This document shows, piece after piece, positions 1 through 8,011 of a stretch of DNA of 24,000 nt. This DNA is from Sphaerisporangium viridialbum (GTDB taxonomy: Bacteria > Actinomycetota > Actinomycetes > Streptosporangiales > Streptosporangiaceae), in NCBI RefSeq assembly GCF_049674955.1, contig NZ_CP187232.1, forward strand, positions 4,158,404 through 4,182,403, read 5' to 3'. The notes under the pieces were generated by a model, which saw only the letters and a list, made by a program, of their open reading frames with translations, made no database searches and had not been told where the DNA came from. The translations under genes and the position numbers were made by a program. Position 1 is the first letter of the stretch. Every line of letters starts with the position of its first letter.

Positions 1-1
1 G

Positions 2-805
2 TGGCTCGGCGCCGTGGGCATCGCCCAGCCCCGGCCGCTCACGGCGCTCGCGGAGGCCGCCGAGGTCGTCTACCGGCTGCTCGGCGGCGACGCGGAGGGG
101 TACGAGGGGGAGGTGTTCCGTCTGGAGCCCGGCACGCGGCTGCGCTACGACGTCCGGCGCCCGCGCCCGCCGCTGCTGCTCGGCGCGTGGGGGCCGAAGG
201 GCGCGGCGCTGGCCGGGCGCGTCGCCGACGAGATCAAGGTGGGCGGCAGCGCGAACCCCGCCATGGTGCCGGTGATCCGCGAGCGGGTCCGCGCCGGTGC
301 CGAGGAGGCCGGGCGCGACCCCGGCGACGTCGGCATCGTGCTCGGGGCGGTAACCGTCGTCGCCACCGACGGCCCGGCCGCGCGGGCCAGGGCGCGCACC
401 GAGGTGGCCATGTACCTCGCGGTCGTGGCCGAGCTGGATCCGACCGTGGACATCCCGGCCGACCTGCTCGCGCGGGTGAGGGAGCTGGTCGACGCGGGTC
501 AGGACCGGGCCGCCGGAGGGCTGATCCCCGACGACCTGCTCGACCTGTTCGCCTTCTCCGGCACCCCCGAGCAGGTGGCCGCGCAGGCGCAGACGCTGAT
601 CGACGCCGGGGTGCGGCGGGTGGAGTTCGGCACTCCGCACGGCCTGGACGACGACCGGGGGGTCGAGCTGCTCGGTGCCGCCGTGCTGCCCATGCTGGAC
701 CGCTCAGGCGGCACGACCGCACCCGCACCCGACCGCCCGCACGACGCCCGGCCGCACGGCGGAGCCAGGGCGGCGGGCCGGTCGAGGCGTGGACTGGAGG
801 TCTGA
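2..805 (+). CDS. LLM-class F420-dependent oxidoreductase (5,10-methylene-H4MPT reductase-like), C-terminal part; the 5' end lies outside the window
   Basis: The frame-2 ORF is open from the window edge to TGA at 803-805. The translation LLLGAWGPKGAALAGRVADEIKVGGSANP...LFAFSGTPEQVAAQAQTLIDAGVRRVEFGTPHG matches the C-terminal half of luciferase-like F420 reductases as I recall them. The overlapping frame-1 ORF here is an Arg/Gly-rich shadow. Confidence 0.75.
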   Translation, partial: WLGAVGIAQPRPLTALAEAAEVVYRLLGGDAEGYEGEVFRLEPGTRLRYDVRRPRPPLLLGAWGPKGAALAGRVADEIKVGGSANPAMVPVIRERVRAGAEEAGRDPGDVGIVLGAVTVVATDGPAARARARTEVAMYLAVVAELDPTVDIPADLLARVRELVDAGQDRAAGGLIPDDLLDLFAFSGTPEQVAAQAQTLIDAGVRRVEFGTPHGLDDDRGVELLGAAVLPMLDRSGGTTAPAPDRPHDARPHGGARAAGRSRRGLEV

Positions 806-807
806 TC

Positions 808-1917
808 ATGCGGGTGCTGGTCGTGGCCGGTCCCGGCCTGGTGGCGGACCCCGGCCTGCTCAAGGATCTGGCGGCCGAGGAGGCCGCCGCGCTCGGGGTC
901 CAGGGCCGCTTCACGGTCGCGGCCGACGTGCCCGCGCTGCGGGCCGAGCTCGACGGCACGCGGGACGACTGCGCCGTCGTCGCCCTGCCCGGCCCCGACC
1001 CGGCCGCCAGGCGGCTCATCGCCACCCCGGCGGACTTCTCACCCCGCACGGTCTGGCTCGACCTGGCCCGCGTGGGCCCGCTTCCGGCGGCGGGAGGCGC
1101 CGCGCACCTGCAGGGACGCGGTGCCTTCGGGCTGACGTGGGCCGTCCGCCACGCGGTGCACCGGCTGCGGCGGCCCGCGCGCCGCATCCCGTACGGCGGT
1201 CACGCCGACCAGTGGGGTGAGCTGCGGCTGCCGTCCCCGGCGGACGGCACGCCGCCGCCGGTCGCGGTGCTCGTCCACGGCGGCTACTGGAGGTCGATCT
1301 GGGAGGCCGACCTGATGGACGCGCTCGCGATCGACCTCGCCGACCGGGGCCACGCCTCCTGGAACCTCGAGTACCGCCGCCCAGACCTGCACGGCTGGGA
1401 CGCCACCACCGCCGACGTGGCGGCCGGCATCGCGGCCCTCGCGACGCTGGACGTCCCCCTGGACCTCGGCGGCATCGCGGTCGTCGGCCACTCCGCGGGC
1501 GGCCAGCTCGCGCTGCGCGCCGCCGCCGACACGCGGCAGGCCGGGGAAGGCCCGGCGCGGGTGTCGCTCGCCGTGTCGCTCGCCGGGGTGCTCGACCTCG
1601 TGGAGGGGGACCGGCGCCAGGTCGGCGCGGGGGCCGTCGCCCGCGCGCTGGGAGGCGCCGCGGCGGAGATCCCGAAGGTGTACGCCGCGTCCAGCCCGAT
1701 GGAGCGGCTCCCGCTCGGCATGCCGCAGCTCGTCGTCCAGGGCGCCTCGGACGACCCCGACCTGCTCGACTCCAGCCGCAGGTACGCGCGGGCGGCGGGG
1801 CAGGAGGCGTCCTACCTGGAACTCCCCGGCGACCACTTCGACGTGATCGACCCCGCCACGCCGATCTGGCAGGCCACCGCGCGCGAGATGGCCGCGATCC
1901 TCGGCGCCCGGCGCTGA
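808..1917 (+). CDS. Alpha/beta hydrolase, candidate Afmid/Bna7-type kynurenine (aryl)formamidase, with an extra N-terminal domain of about 130 aa
   Basis: ATG at 808 lies 2 nt after the upstream stop. The C-terminal 240 aa carry the oxyanion motif VLVHGGYW, the nucleophile elbow VVGHSAGGQLA, a late acidic GASDDP and PGDHFDVID (candidate His). The stop is at 1915-1917. Confidence 0.8.
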   Translation: MRVLVVAGPGLVADPGLLKDLAAEEAAALGVQGRFTVAADVPALRAELDGTRDDCAVVALPGPDPAARRLIATPADFSPRTVWLDLARVGPLPAAGGAAHLQGRGAFGLTWAVRHAVHRLRRPARRIPYGGHADQWGELRLPSPADGTPPPVAVLVHGGYWRSIWEADLMDALAIDLADRGHASWNLEYRRPDLHGWDATTADVAAGIAALATLDVPLDLGGIAVVGHSAGGQLALRAAADTRQAGEGPARVSLAVSLAGVLDLVEGDRRQVGAGAVARALGGAAAEIPKVYAASSPMERLPLGMPQLVVQGASDDPDLLDSSRRYARAAGQEASYLELPGDHFDVIDPATPIWQATAREMAAILGARR

Positions 1918-1920
1918 GGG

Positions 1921-2367
1921 TCAGTCCTCGATGTGGGTGAGGGGCCGCCAGGGGATGGGGCTGGAGAGCATCATCATGCTGGAGGGCTGGCCGTAGGGGG
2001 CCAGGCGGTCGATCAGCTCCTCGAAGGCGCCCATCGAGGAGGCGGCCACCCGCAGCAGGCAGCACGTGTCGCCGGTGACCCGGTGCACCTCCACGATCTC
2101 GGGCCAGGCCAGCGCCTGCTCGTCCCTGAGCACGCAGCGCACGCCGTAGCACGACATGCGGATCAGCGCGCTCACCTTGCGCCCCGCCCGGGCGGGGTCC
2201 ACCCGCGCGTGATAGCCGGAGATCACCCCGGTCTCCTCCAGCCGCCTCACGCGCTCGGCCACGGCCGGCGCCGACAGGTGCACCCGCCGGGAGAGCTCAC
2301 TGTAGGACAGCCTCGCGTCCGCCTGCAGTTCGGCCAGAAGGGCCCAGTCCATCGCGTCCACGGTCAC
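1921..2367 (-). CDS. Lrp/AsnC-family transcriptional regulator
   Basis: The translation VDAMDWALLAELQADARLSYSELSRRVHLSAPAVAERVRRLEETGVISGYHARVDP is a classic AsnC HTH followed by a RAM-like C-terminal domain. The start is GTG at 2367, with an alternative ATG at 2352. It is divergent from the TDO gene. Confidence 0.85.
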   Translation of the reverse strand: MTVDAMDWALLAELQADARLSYSELSRRVHLSAPAVAERVRRLEETGVISGYHARVDPARAGRKVSALIRMSCYGVRCVLRDEQALAWPEIVEVHRVTGDTCCLLRVAASSMGAFEELIDRLAPYGQPSSMMMLSSPIPWRPLTHIED

Positions 2368-2414
2368 GCTCCGTCATCCGCAAACCGAAACCGTCATGCA
2401 CCTTCCGTTCCGAA

Positions 2415-2485
2415 AGTGAAACGGTCGAATCGCCACTGACTCATCATTTCACTAAAATTCTATCTAAGTGAACATGGAGGTGAAC
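2415..2485. promoter_or_regulatory. AT-rich divergent promoter/operator region between the AsnC regulator and the TDO gene, with TGAAA-type repeats
   Basis: AGTGAAA (2415-2421) and its inverted copy TTTCACT (2447-2453) are present, plus AAGTGAAC (2466-2473) and GGTGAAC (2479-2485). The local AT content is clearly above the surroundings. The RBS AAGGAG at 2488-2493 precedes ATG 2498. Confidence 0.3.
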
Positions 2486-2497
2486 TAAGGAGTTGCG

Positions 2498-3382
2498 ATG
2501 ACGAGCAGGCGGCGGGCCGGCGGTGCCCGGGTGCGGGCGGTGGGCGCGCTGCAGCGTGCCACCCGGGTGGTGACCAACCACGGGTCACCCACTCTGGACT
2601 TCGCGTCCGGCACCCCCTACGACGACTACGTGGCCGCGGAGGTCCTGCACGGGCTCCAGCGGCCGATCACCGACGTGCCCGAGGAGCGGGCGTTCCTGGT
2701 GACGACTCAGGTCATGGAGCTCTACTTCGGGCTGATCCGCTCGGAGTGGCGCCTGGCGCAGCGCATGCTGGACGCCGACGAGGTGGTCGCGGCGACGGCG
2801 GTGCTCGCCAGGAGCGTGCGGTACTTCGAGGCGCTGAACGCGGCCTGGGGCGCGCTGAGCTGGCTGACGCCCGCGCAGTTCAACTCCTTCCGCGACGCGC
2901 TCGGCGAGGCCTCGGGCTTCCAGTCGGCCATGTACCGGCACCTGGAGTTCCTGCTGGGGAACAAGTCCGAGCCGCTCACCCGGCCGCATCGGCGCAGCCC
3001 GGAGGTCTACCGGGAGCTCATCGAGGCTCTGGAGCGCCCCAGCCTGTACGACAGCGTGCTGGCGCTGCTCGCCCGGCGGGGGTTCGAGATCCCGGCGGTG
3101 GAGGACCGCAGGGCCGAGTACGCCGCGAGCCCGCTCGTGGAGGCGGCCTGGGTCGAGATCTACGCCGGGCGCGGCCCGGGCGACGAGCTGTGGACGCTGG
3201 GCGAGACGCTGACCGACCTGTCCGAGCGCTTCTCCGACTGGCGCTACCGGCACCTGATGGCGGTGCGCCGGTCGATGGGGGCCAAGCCCGGCTCCGGCGG
3301 GTCCAGCGGCCTGAGCTGGCTGGAGCGCAGCCTCAGCCGCGACGTCTTCCCCGAGCTGTGGTCGGCCCGCACGGTGATGTGA
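2498..3382 (+). CDS. kynA: Tryptophan 2,3-dioxygenase (heme-dependent)
   Basis: An AAGGAG RBS lies 4 nt upstream of the ATG. Diagnostic TDO motifs are GEASGFQSAMYRHLEFLLGNKS, FSDWRYRHLMAVRRSMG (proximal His region), GSGGSSGLSWLE and FPELWSARTVM at the C-terminus. Confidence 0.9.
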   Translation: MTSRRRAGGARVRAVGALQRATRVVTNHGSPTLDFASGTPYDDYVAAEVLHGLQRPITDVPEERAFLVTTQVMELYFGLIRSEWRLAQRMLDADEVVAATAVLARSVRYFEALNAAWGALSWLTPAQFNSFRDALGEASGFQSAMYRHLEFLLGNKSEPLTRPHRRSPEVYRELIEALERPSLYDSVLALLARRGFEIPAVEDRRAEYAASPLVEAAWVEIYAGRGPGDELWTLGETLTDLSERFSDWRYRHLMAVRRSMGAKPGSGGSSGLSWLERSLSRDVFPELWSARTVM

Positions 3383-3471
3383 GCCCGTCCCGCGCGGCGC
3401 GCGCTCTCGCGCCCGGTACGCGCCGGAGAAGTGCGGGTTCACACCTGAAACGCCTGCACGGCGGTGTTCAT

Positions 3472-3499
3472 GATGTTCTGTCCCACGTTACAGAACGTC
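3472..3499. terminator. Hairpin between convergent genes (TDO and the XRE-cupin regulator), candidate bidirectional terminator
   Basis: GATGTTCTGT (3472-3481), loop CCCACGTT, ACAGAACGTC (3490-3499). This is a 10-bp stem with one G-U pair, 13 nt beyond the minus-strand stop at 3512. There is no U-tract. Confidence 0.35.
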
Positions 3500-3511
3500 G
3501 TCCCGGATGGA

Positions 3512-4141
3512 TCAGAACAGCCGGGGCGTGACCACCGAGACCACGGTGGTCACGCGGTCGGTGTCGTTGTACATGGCGTGCGGCACAGTGGAACGCAGGT
3601 GGACGCTGTCGCCGGGGTACAGCCGGTGCTCCACGCCGTCGACCTCGTACAACAGCTCGCCGTCGAGCACGAAGGCGAACTCCTCGCCCGCGTGCCCGTA
3701 GGCGTCCTCACGCCGCCCGCCGGGGGCGATGTGCACGAGCAGTGGTTCGAGCACGAGGCTCGGGCCACGGGCGGACAGCATGCGATAGGTCTGCTGGCCC
3801 GAGACGTACTCGGCGGCCGCCGTCGCGGCCCGGGTGAGCGTGAAGTGGGACGGCAGCCGGGCGACCGTCGCCCGATCGCCGTCCGCCTGCTGGTCGTCGT
3901 CGAAGAACTCCGCCACGCTCCGGTCGAGCGCCGCCGCCACGCCGTTCAGCGCGGTGAGGCCGATGGAGGAGATGCCGCGCTCGACCTGCGAGAGGAAGCC
4001 GATCGAGAGCCCGGAGCGGGTGGACAGGCCGCGCAGGGTCAGGCCGCGTTCCTTGCGGAACCTGCGCATCCGGGCGCCGACCGCGTCCTGGCGCTCGCGG
4101 TCGTCGCGATCGTCGCGGCCCTGGTGCTCCGAGATGCCCAC
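3512..4141 (-). CDS. XRE-family HTH plus cupin-domain transcriptional regulator
   Basis: The HTH is VGARMRRFRKERGLTLRGLSTRSGLSIGFLSQVERG and the C-terminal cupin is HAGEEFAFVLDGELLYEVDGVEHRLYPGDSVH. I prefer the GTG at 4141 because GAGGAGGG lies about 6 nt upstream on the minus strand. The ORF-track start at 4219 adds 26 poorly coding residues. Confidence 0.8.
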   Translation of the reverse strand: MGISEHQGRDDRDDRERQDAVGARMRRFRKERGLTLRGLSTRSGLSIGFLSQVERGISSIGLTALNGVAAALDRSVAEFFDDDQQADGDRATVARLPSHFTLTRAATAAAEYVSGQQTYRMLSARGPSLVLEPLLVHIAPGGRREDAYGHAGEEFAFVLDGELLYEVDGVEHRLYPGDSVHLRSTVPHAMYNDTDRVTTVVSVVTPRLF

Positions 4142-4180
4142 CGGAAGCCCTCCTCGATCGAGCGGCTCCGCCGCGCTTTT

Positions 4181-4226
4181 TCGTCCAGCAGGACAGATTT
4201 CACTCGTCCAGCAGAACATATTTCAC
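4181..4226. promoter_or_regulatory. Tandem 23-bp direct repeat (21/23 identical) in the divergent promoter; candidate operator
   Basis: TCGTCCAGCAGGACAGATTTCAC (4181-4203) is immediately followed by TCGTCCAGCAGAACATATTTCAC (4204-4226). The pair lies 40-85 nt upstream of the regulator start and about 95-145 nt upstream of the hydroxylase small subunit. Confidence 0.45.
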
Positions 4227-4371
4227 AACAGGCGGCGCCCCCGTGCCAACCTGCGCTTTCCACAACCATTCCGGCGCGGTGGTCCCGCGCGCCCGCGCGC
4301 GGCGGGTCGCGGGCGCAGGGATGAACGTTTCGTGGGATAGGCCAGGTGGAACCTGGGGTAGGGAAGCGCGG

Positions 4372-4932
4372 GTGAAGGGCGAAGCTAACACGACCCAGGG
4401 TGGGGCCGCATCGGCTCCGATCACCGCCGACCTCGGGCTTTCCGTCAACGGCCGGCGGCATCCGGTCACCGTGGACACCCGTGAGACGCTCCTCGACACC
4501 TTGCGGGAGCGCCTTGACCTGACCGGGTCGAAGAAGGGCTGCGACCACGGCCAGTGCGGCACGTGCACGGTGCTGGTGGACGGTCGGCGGGTCAAGTCCT
4601 GCCTGACGCTCACGGTCAGCGTGGACGACAGGGAGATCACCACCGTTGAGGGGCTCGCCGAGGACGGCGCCCTCCACCCGCTGCAGGAGGCGTTCGTCGA
4701 GTACGACGCCCTGCAGTGCGGCTACTGCACGCCGGGGCAGCTCTGCTCGGCGGTCGGCATGCTGACCGAGGCGGCGGAGGGATGGCCGAGCGCGGTGACC
4801 CCCGGCGTCGGCGCCGACCAGGGGCCGCTGAAGCTCGACGAGGACGAGATCCGCGAGCGGATGAGCGGCAACCTGTGCCGCTGCGGCGCCTATCCCGGCA
4901 TCGTCGCGGCCATCGGGCAGGTGGCCGGGTGA
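4372..4932 (+). CDS. (2Fe-2S)-binding small subunit of a xanthine-dehydrogenase-family molybdenum hydroxylase (PaoA/CoxS-like)
   Basis: The translation carries GCDHGQCGTCTV (plant-type 2Fe-2S), QCGYCTPG and NLCRCGAYPGI (second 2Fe-2S). The start is uncertain: GTG 4372 is chosen, and ATG 4321 is in frame and possible. Confidence 0.85.
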   Translation: MKGEANTTQGGAASAPITADLGLSVNGRRHPVTVDTRETLLDTLRERLDLTGSKKGCDHGQCGTCTVLVDGRRVKSCLTLTVSVDDREITTVEGLAEDGALHPLQEAFVEYDALQCGYCTPGQLCSAVGMLTEAAEGWPSAVTPGVGADQGPLKLDEDEIRERMSGNLCRCGAYPGIVAAIGQVAG

Positions 4933-5909
4933 GGCCCTTCACCTACGAGCGGGCCACCACCGCGCGGGCGGCGGTGGAAGCGGCCGGCGCGGACGCCGTG
5001 TACCTCGGCGGGGGCACCAACCTGGTCGACCTCATGCGCCTCGGTGTCGTCTCACCCGGCACGCTCGTCGACGTCACCCGCATCGCCGCCGACGCGGTCG
5101 AGGAGACGCCCGGCGGCGGCCTGCGCGTCGGCGCGGCGGTCCGCAACGGCGACCTCGCCGCCCACCCCCTGGTACGGCGGCGCTACCCGATGCTCGCGCA
5201 GGCCGTGCTGTCGGGGGCCTCTGGGCAGATCCGCAACATGGCGACCGTGGGCGGCAACCTGCTCCAGCGCACCCGCTGCCCCTACTTCCAGGACGTCGGC
5301 AAGCCGTGCAACAAGCGGGTCCCCGGCTCGGGCTGCCCCGCCCGTACGGGGGCCCACCGCAACCTGGCGATCCTCGGGCACTCCGAGAGCTGCGTGGCCA
5401 CCCATCCCTCCGACATGGCGGTCGCGCTGGTGGCGCTCGGCGCGGTGGTCCACGTGGAGGGCCGTGAAGGCCCGAAGAGCGTGCCGATGCCCGGCCTGCA
5501 CCGGCTTCCCGGCGACGAGCCCGACCGCGACACCGTGCTGGAACCCGGCGACCTGATCACGGCGGTGGAGCTGCCTCCGCTGCCGTTCGCGGCCCGGTCC
5601 CGCTACCGCAAGGTGCGCGACCGGGCGTCGTTCTCGTTCGCGGTGGTGTCGGTGGCGGCGGCGCTGGAGGTGACGGACGGGGTGGTCAGGGACTGCCGCA
5701 TCGCCCTCGGGGCCGTAGCCCACGTGCCGTGGCGGGCCGAGGCGGCCGAGGCCGCGCTGCGCGGCGCGCCCGCGACGGAGGCGGAGTTCGCCCGCGCGGC
5801 CGACGCCGAGCTGGCCACGGCACAGCCCCTGCCGCTCAACGGGTTCAAGGTGCCGCTCGCCCGCAATGTTCTGATCCGTGTACTCGCCGACCTCGTGGAG
5901 ATGCGATGA
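4929..5909 (+). CDS. FAD-binding medium subunit (PaoB/CoxM-like) with a four-Cys insert
   Basis: The GTG start overlaps the upstream TGA (GTGA at 4929-4932). The FAD-binding motif is YLGGGTNLVDLMRLG. QRTRCPYFQDVGKPCNKRVPGSGC...SESCVATHPSDMAVAL resembles the 4Fe-4S-bearing insert I recall from E. coli PaoB. Confidence 0.9.
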   Translation: MRPFTYERATTARAAVEAAGADAVYLGGGTNLVDLMRLGVVSPGTLVDVTRIAADAVEETPGGGLRVGAAVRNGDLAAHPLVRRRYPMLAQAVLSGASGQIRNMATVGGNLLQRTRCPYFQDVGKPCNKRVPGSGCPARTGAHRNLAILGHSESCVATHPSDMAVALVALGAVVHVEGREGPKSVPMPGLHRLPGDEPDRDTVLEPGDLITAVELPPLPFAARSRYRKVRDRASFSFAVVSVAAALEVTDGVVRDCRIALGAVAHVPWRAEAAEAALRGAPATEAEFARAADAELATAQPLPLNGFKVPLARNVLIRVLADLVEMR

Positions 5910-7996
5910 CCACCACCGGCACGAGGTACGTCGGCACGGCACTCGACCGGGTGGACGCCCGGGAGAAGGTCACCGGCCAGGCCACGTACGCCTACGAGAA
6001 CCGCCCGCGCGACCTGGTCTACGCCTACCCGGTCCAGGCGGCCATCGCCCGGGGCGAGATCGTCCACGTCGGCGTGGACGCCGTGCTCAAGCAGCCCGGG
6101 GTGATCGCGGCGATCTGGCAGGGCAACGCCCCCCGGCTCGCGCCCTCCGACAACGCCGAGCTGGCCGTCCTGCAGTCGCGGCGGGTGGCGTACCGGGGGC
6201 AGTACGTCGCGGTGGTGGTCGCCGAGACCTACGAGGACGCCAGGGAAGCCGCGGGGCTGATGCAGGTGGAGTACGCGGCCGAGGAGCACGACGTCGACCT
6301 GTACCCCGGCCACCCGAGGATGTACCGCCCCGACCACGTCAACCCGAGCTTCCCGACCGACGTCCAGCGCGGCGACCCGGACGCCGCCCTCGCGGCGGCC
6401 CCGGTCACGGTCGACGCGGTGTACACCACGCCGGCCGAGCACAACAACCCCATGGAGCCGCACGCCACGGTCGCGGTTTGGGACGGCGACGGGCTGACGC
6501 TCTACGACTCCACCCAGGGCGCCTCGGCGCTGCGCAACACGGTCGCGCCGCTGTTCGGCATGCCGCCCGCCCAGGTGCGCGTCATCTGCCCGTACGTCGG
6601 GGGCGGCTTCGGGTCCAAGGGCCTGTCGCATCCCCACGTGGTCCTCGCCGCGCTCGCCGCCAAGCAGGTCGGCCGCCCGGTCAAGCTCGCGGTGACCCGC
6701 CGGCAGATGTTCGCCGTCACGGGGTACCGCACGCCGACCGTCCAGCGCGTGCGGCTCGGCGCCGAGGCCGACGGGCGGCTGGTCGCGATCACGCACGAGG
6801 CCTGCGAACAGAGCTCCACCCTCACGGAGTTCGCCGAGCAGAGCACCGTCGCCACGCGCGTGATGTACGCCGCGCCGCACCGGCGCACCACCCACCGGCT
6901 CGTACGGCTGGACGTTCCGACGCCGTCCTGGATGCGCGCGCCCGGGGAGGCGCCGGGCATGTTCGCGCTGGAGTCGGCGATGGACGAGCTGGCGTCCGCG
7001 TGCGGCGTCGACCCGGTGGAGCTGCGGATACGCAACGAGCCTGACAGCGATCCCGAGACCGGCGTGCCGTTCAGCTCCAGGAACCTGGTCGCCTGCCTGC
7101 GCGAGGGGGCCCTGCGCTTCGGCTGGCAGGGTCGCGACCCCGAGCCGGGGATCCGGCGCAGGGGAAGGATGCTGGTCGGCACCGGGATGGCGGCGTCCAC
7201 CTACCCGGCCTACCGCGCCGCCTCATCGGCGTCCGTGCGGGCAGAGCCGGGCGGCAGGTACACCGTGCGGATCGCCGCCGCCGACATCGGCACCGGCGCC
7301 AGGACCATCCTCACCCAGATCGCCGCCGACGCCCTCCACACGTCCCCCGAGCTGGTCGAGGTGGAGATCGGCGACAGCGCGCTGCCCACGGCGTCCCTGG
7401 CCGGCGGGTCGATGGGCTCCGCCTCGTGGGGCACGGCCGTGGTCCGGGCCTGCGAGAAGCTGGTGGAGGAGCTGGAACGCGGGGGCGGCGAGGTTCCGCC
7501 CGGCGGGGTCCAGGCCGACGCCGACACCAGGGAGGAGATCCGCGGCCAGGCGAAGTTCGCGCGGCACGCGTTCGGCGCGCAGTTCGCCGAGGTGGGCGTG
7601 GACACCGACACCGGCGAGACCCGGGTGCTGCGGCTGCTCGGCGTGTTCGCCGCGGGCCGGATCCTCAACCCGAAGACCGCGCGCTCGCAGCTCGTCGGCG
7701 GCATGACCATGGGCCTGTCCATGGCCCTTCTGGAGGAGAGCATCATGGACCGCGAGTTCGGCGACTACCTCAACAACGACCTCGCCCAGTACCAGATCCC
7801 GGTCAACGCCGACATCCACGACATCCAGGCGTACTGGGTGGACGAGGACGACCCGCACCTCAACCCCATGGGCTCCAAGGGCATCGGCGAGATCGGCATC
7901 GTCGGCACCGCCGCGGCCATCGCCAACGCCGTCCACCACGCCACCGGCGTCCGGATCCGCGACCTGCCGATCCGCCTGGACAAGCTGGTGCGCTGA
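5906..7996 (+). CDS. Molybdopterin-binding large subunit (PaoC/CoxL-like aldehyde oxidase / xanthine dehydrogenase family)
   Basis: The ATG overlaps the upstream TGA (ATGA at 5906-5909). Family-typical stretches are VDAREKVTGQATYAYE, GGGFGSKG, WMRAPGEAPGMFALESAMDE and MGSKGIGEIGIVGTAAAIANAVHHATG. Confidence 0.9.
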   Translation: MTTTGTRYVGTALDRVDAREKVTGQATYAYENRPRDLVYAYPVQAAIARGEIVHVGVDAVLKQPGVIAAIWQGNAPRLAPSDNAELAVLQSRRVAYRGQYVAVVVAETYEDAREAAGLMQVEYAAEEHDVDLYPGHPRMYRPDHVNPSFPTDVQRGDPDAALAAAPVTVDAVYTTPAEHNNPMEPHATVAVWDGDGLTLYDSTQGASALRNTVAPLFGMPPAQVRVICPYVGGGFGSKGLSHPHVVLAALAAKQVGRPVKLAVTRRQMFAVTGYRTPTVQRVRLGAEADGRLVAITHEACEQSSTLTEFAEQSTVATRVMYAAPHRRTTHRLVRLDVPTPSWMRAPGEAPGMFALESAMDELASACGVDPVELRIRNEPDSDPETGVPFSSRNLVACLREGALRFGWQGRDPEPGIRRRGRMLVGTGMAASTYPAYRAASSASVRAEPGGRYTVRIAAADIGTGARTILTQIAADALHTSPELVEVEIGDSALPTASLAGGSMGSASWGTAVVRACEKLVEELERGGGEVPPGGVQADADTREEIRGQAKFARHAFGAQFAEVGVDTDTGETRVLRLLGVFAAGRILNPKTARSQLVGGMTMGLSMALLEESIMDREFGDYLNNDLAQYQIPVNADIHDIQAYWVDEDDPHLNPMGSKGIGEIGIVGTAAAIANAVHHATGVRIRDLPIRLDKLVR

Positions 7997-8011
7997 GCGC
8001 GGCGGGAGCAC

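Noticed and set aside
1-807. The first 269 codons of the 638-aa frame-1 ORF (1..1917), read as one long protein
   Set aside because: That part is almost pure Arg/Gly/Ala/Pro (RRRGGVRGGG…). It is the typical shadow frame of a GC-rich gene, and frame 2 gives a clean LLM-reductase sequence. Only 808-1917 of frame 1 is credible.
1915-1923. Convergent stop codons of the hydrolase and the AsnC regulator only 3 nt apart, considered as evidence of an unusual overlap or terminator-less design
   Set aside because: Tight convergent gene ends are common in GC-rich actinomycete genomes, and no additional structure is visible.
4321-4440. A twin-arginine (Tat) signal on the 2Fe-2S subunit, as in E. coli PaoA
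   Set aside because: Neither candidate N-terminus (MNVSWDRPGGTWGREARVKGE… or VKGEANTTQGGAAS…) has an RR-x-F-L-K motif followed by a hydrophobic core.
5603-6895. A 430-aa minus-strand ORF, and similar long antisense ORFs at 234-1187, 1016-2152, 7223-8767, 8894-9949 and 12916-14619 (minus strand) and at 8332-10242, 16998-18419, 17941-19131, 19278-20633 and 21114-22694 (plus strand)
   Set aside because: All overlap genes with strong family signatures on the other strand or in another frame. They have extreme Arg/Pro/Gly/His composition and no recognisable motifs. They are stop-codon-poor artefacts of high GC content.
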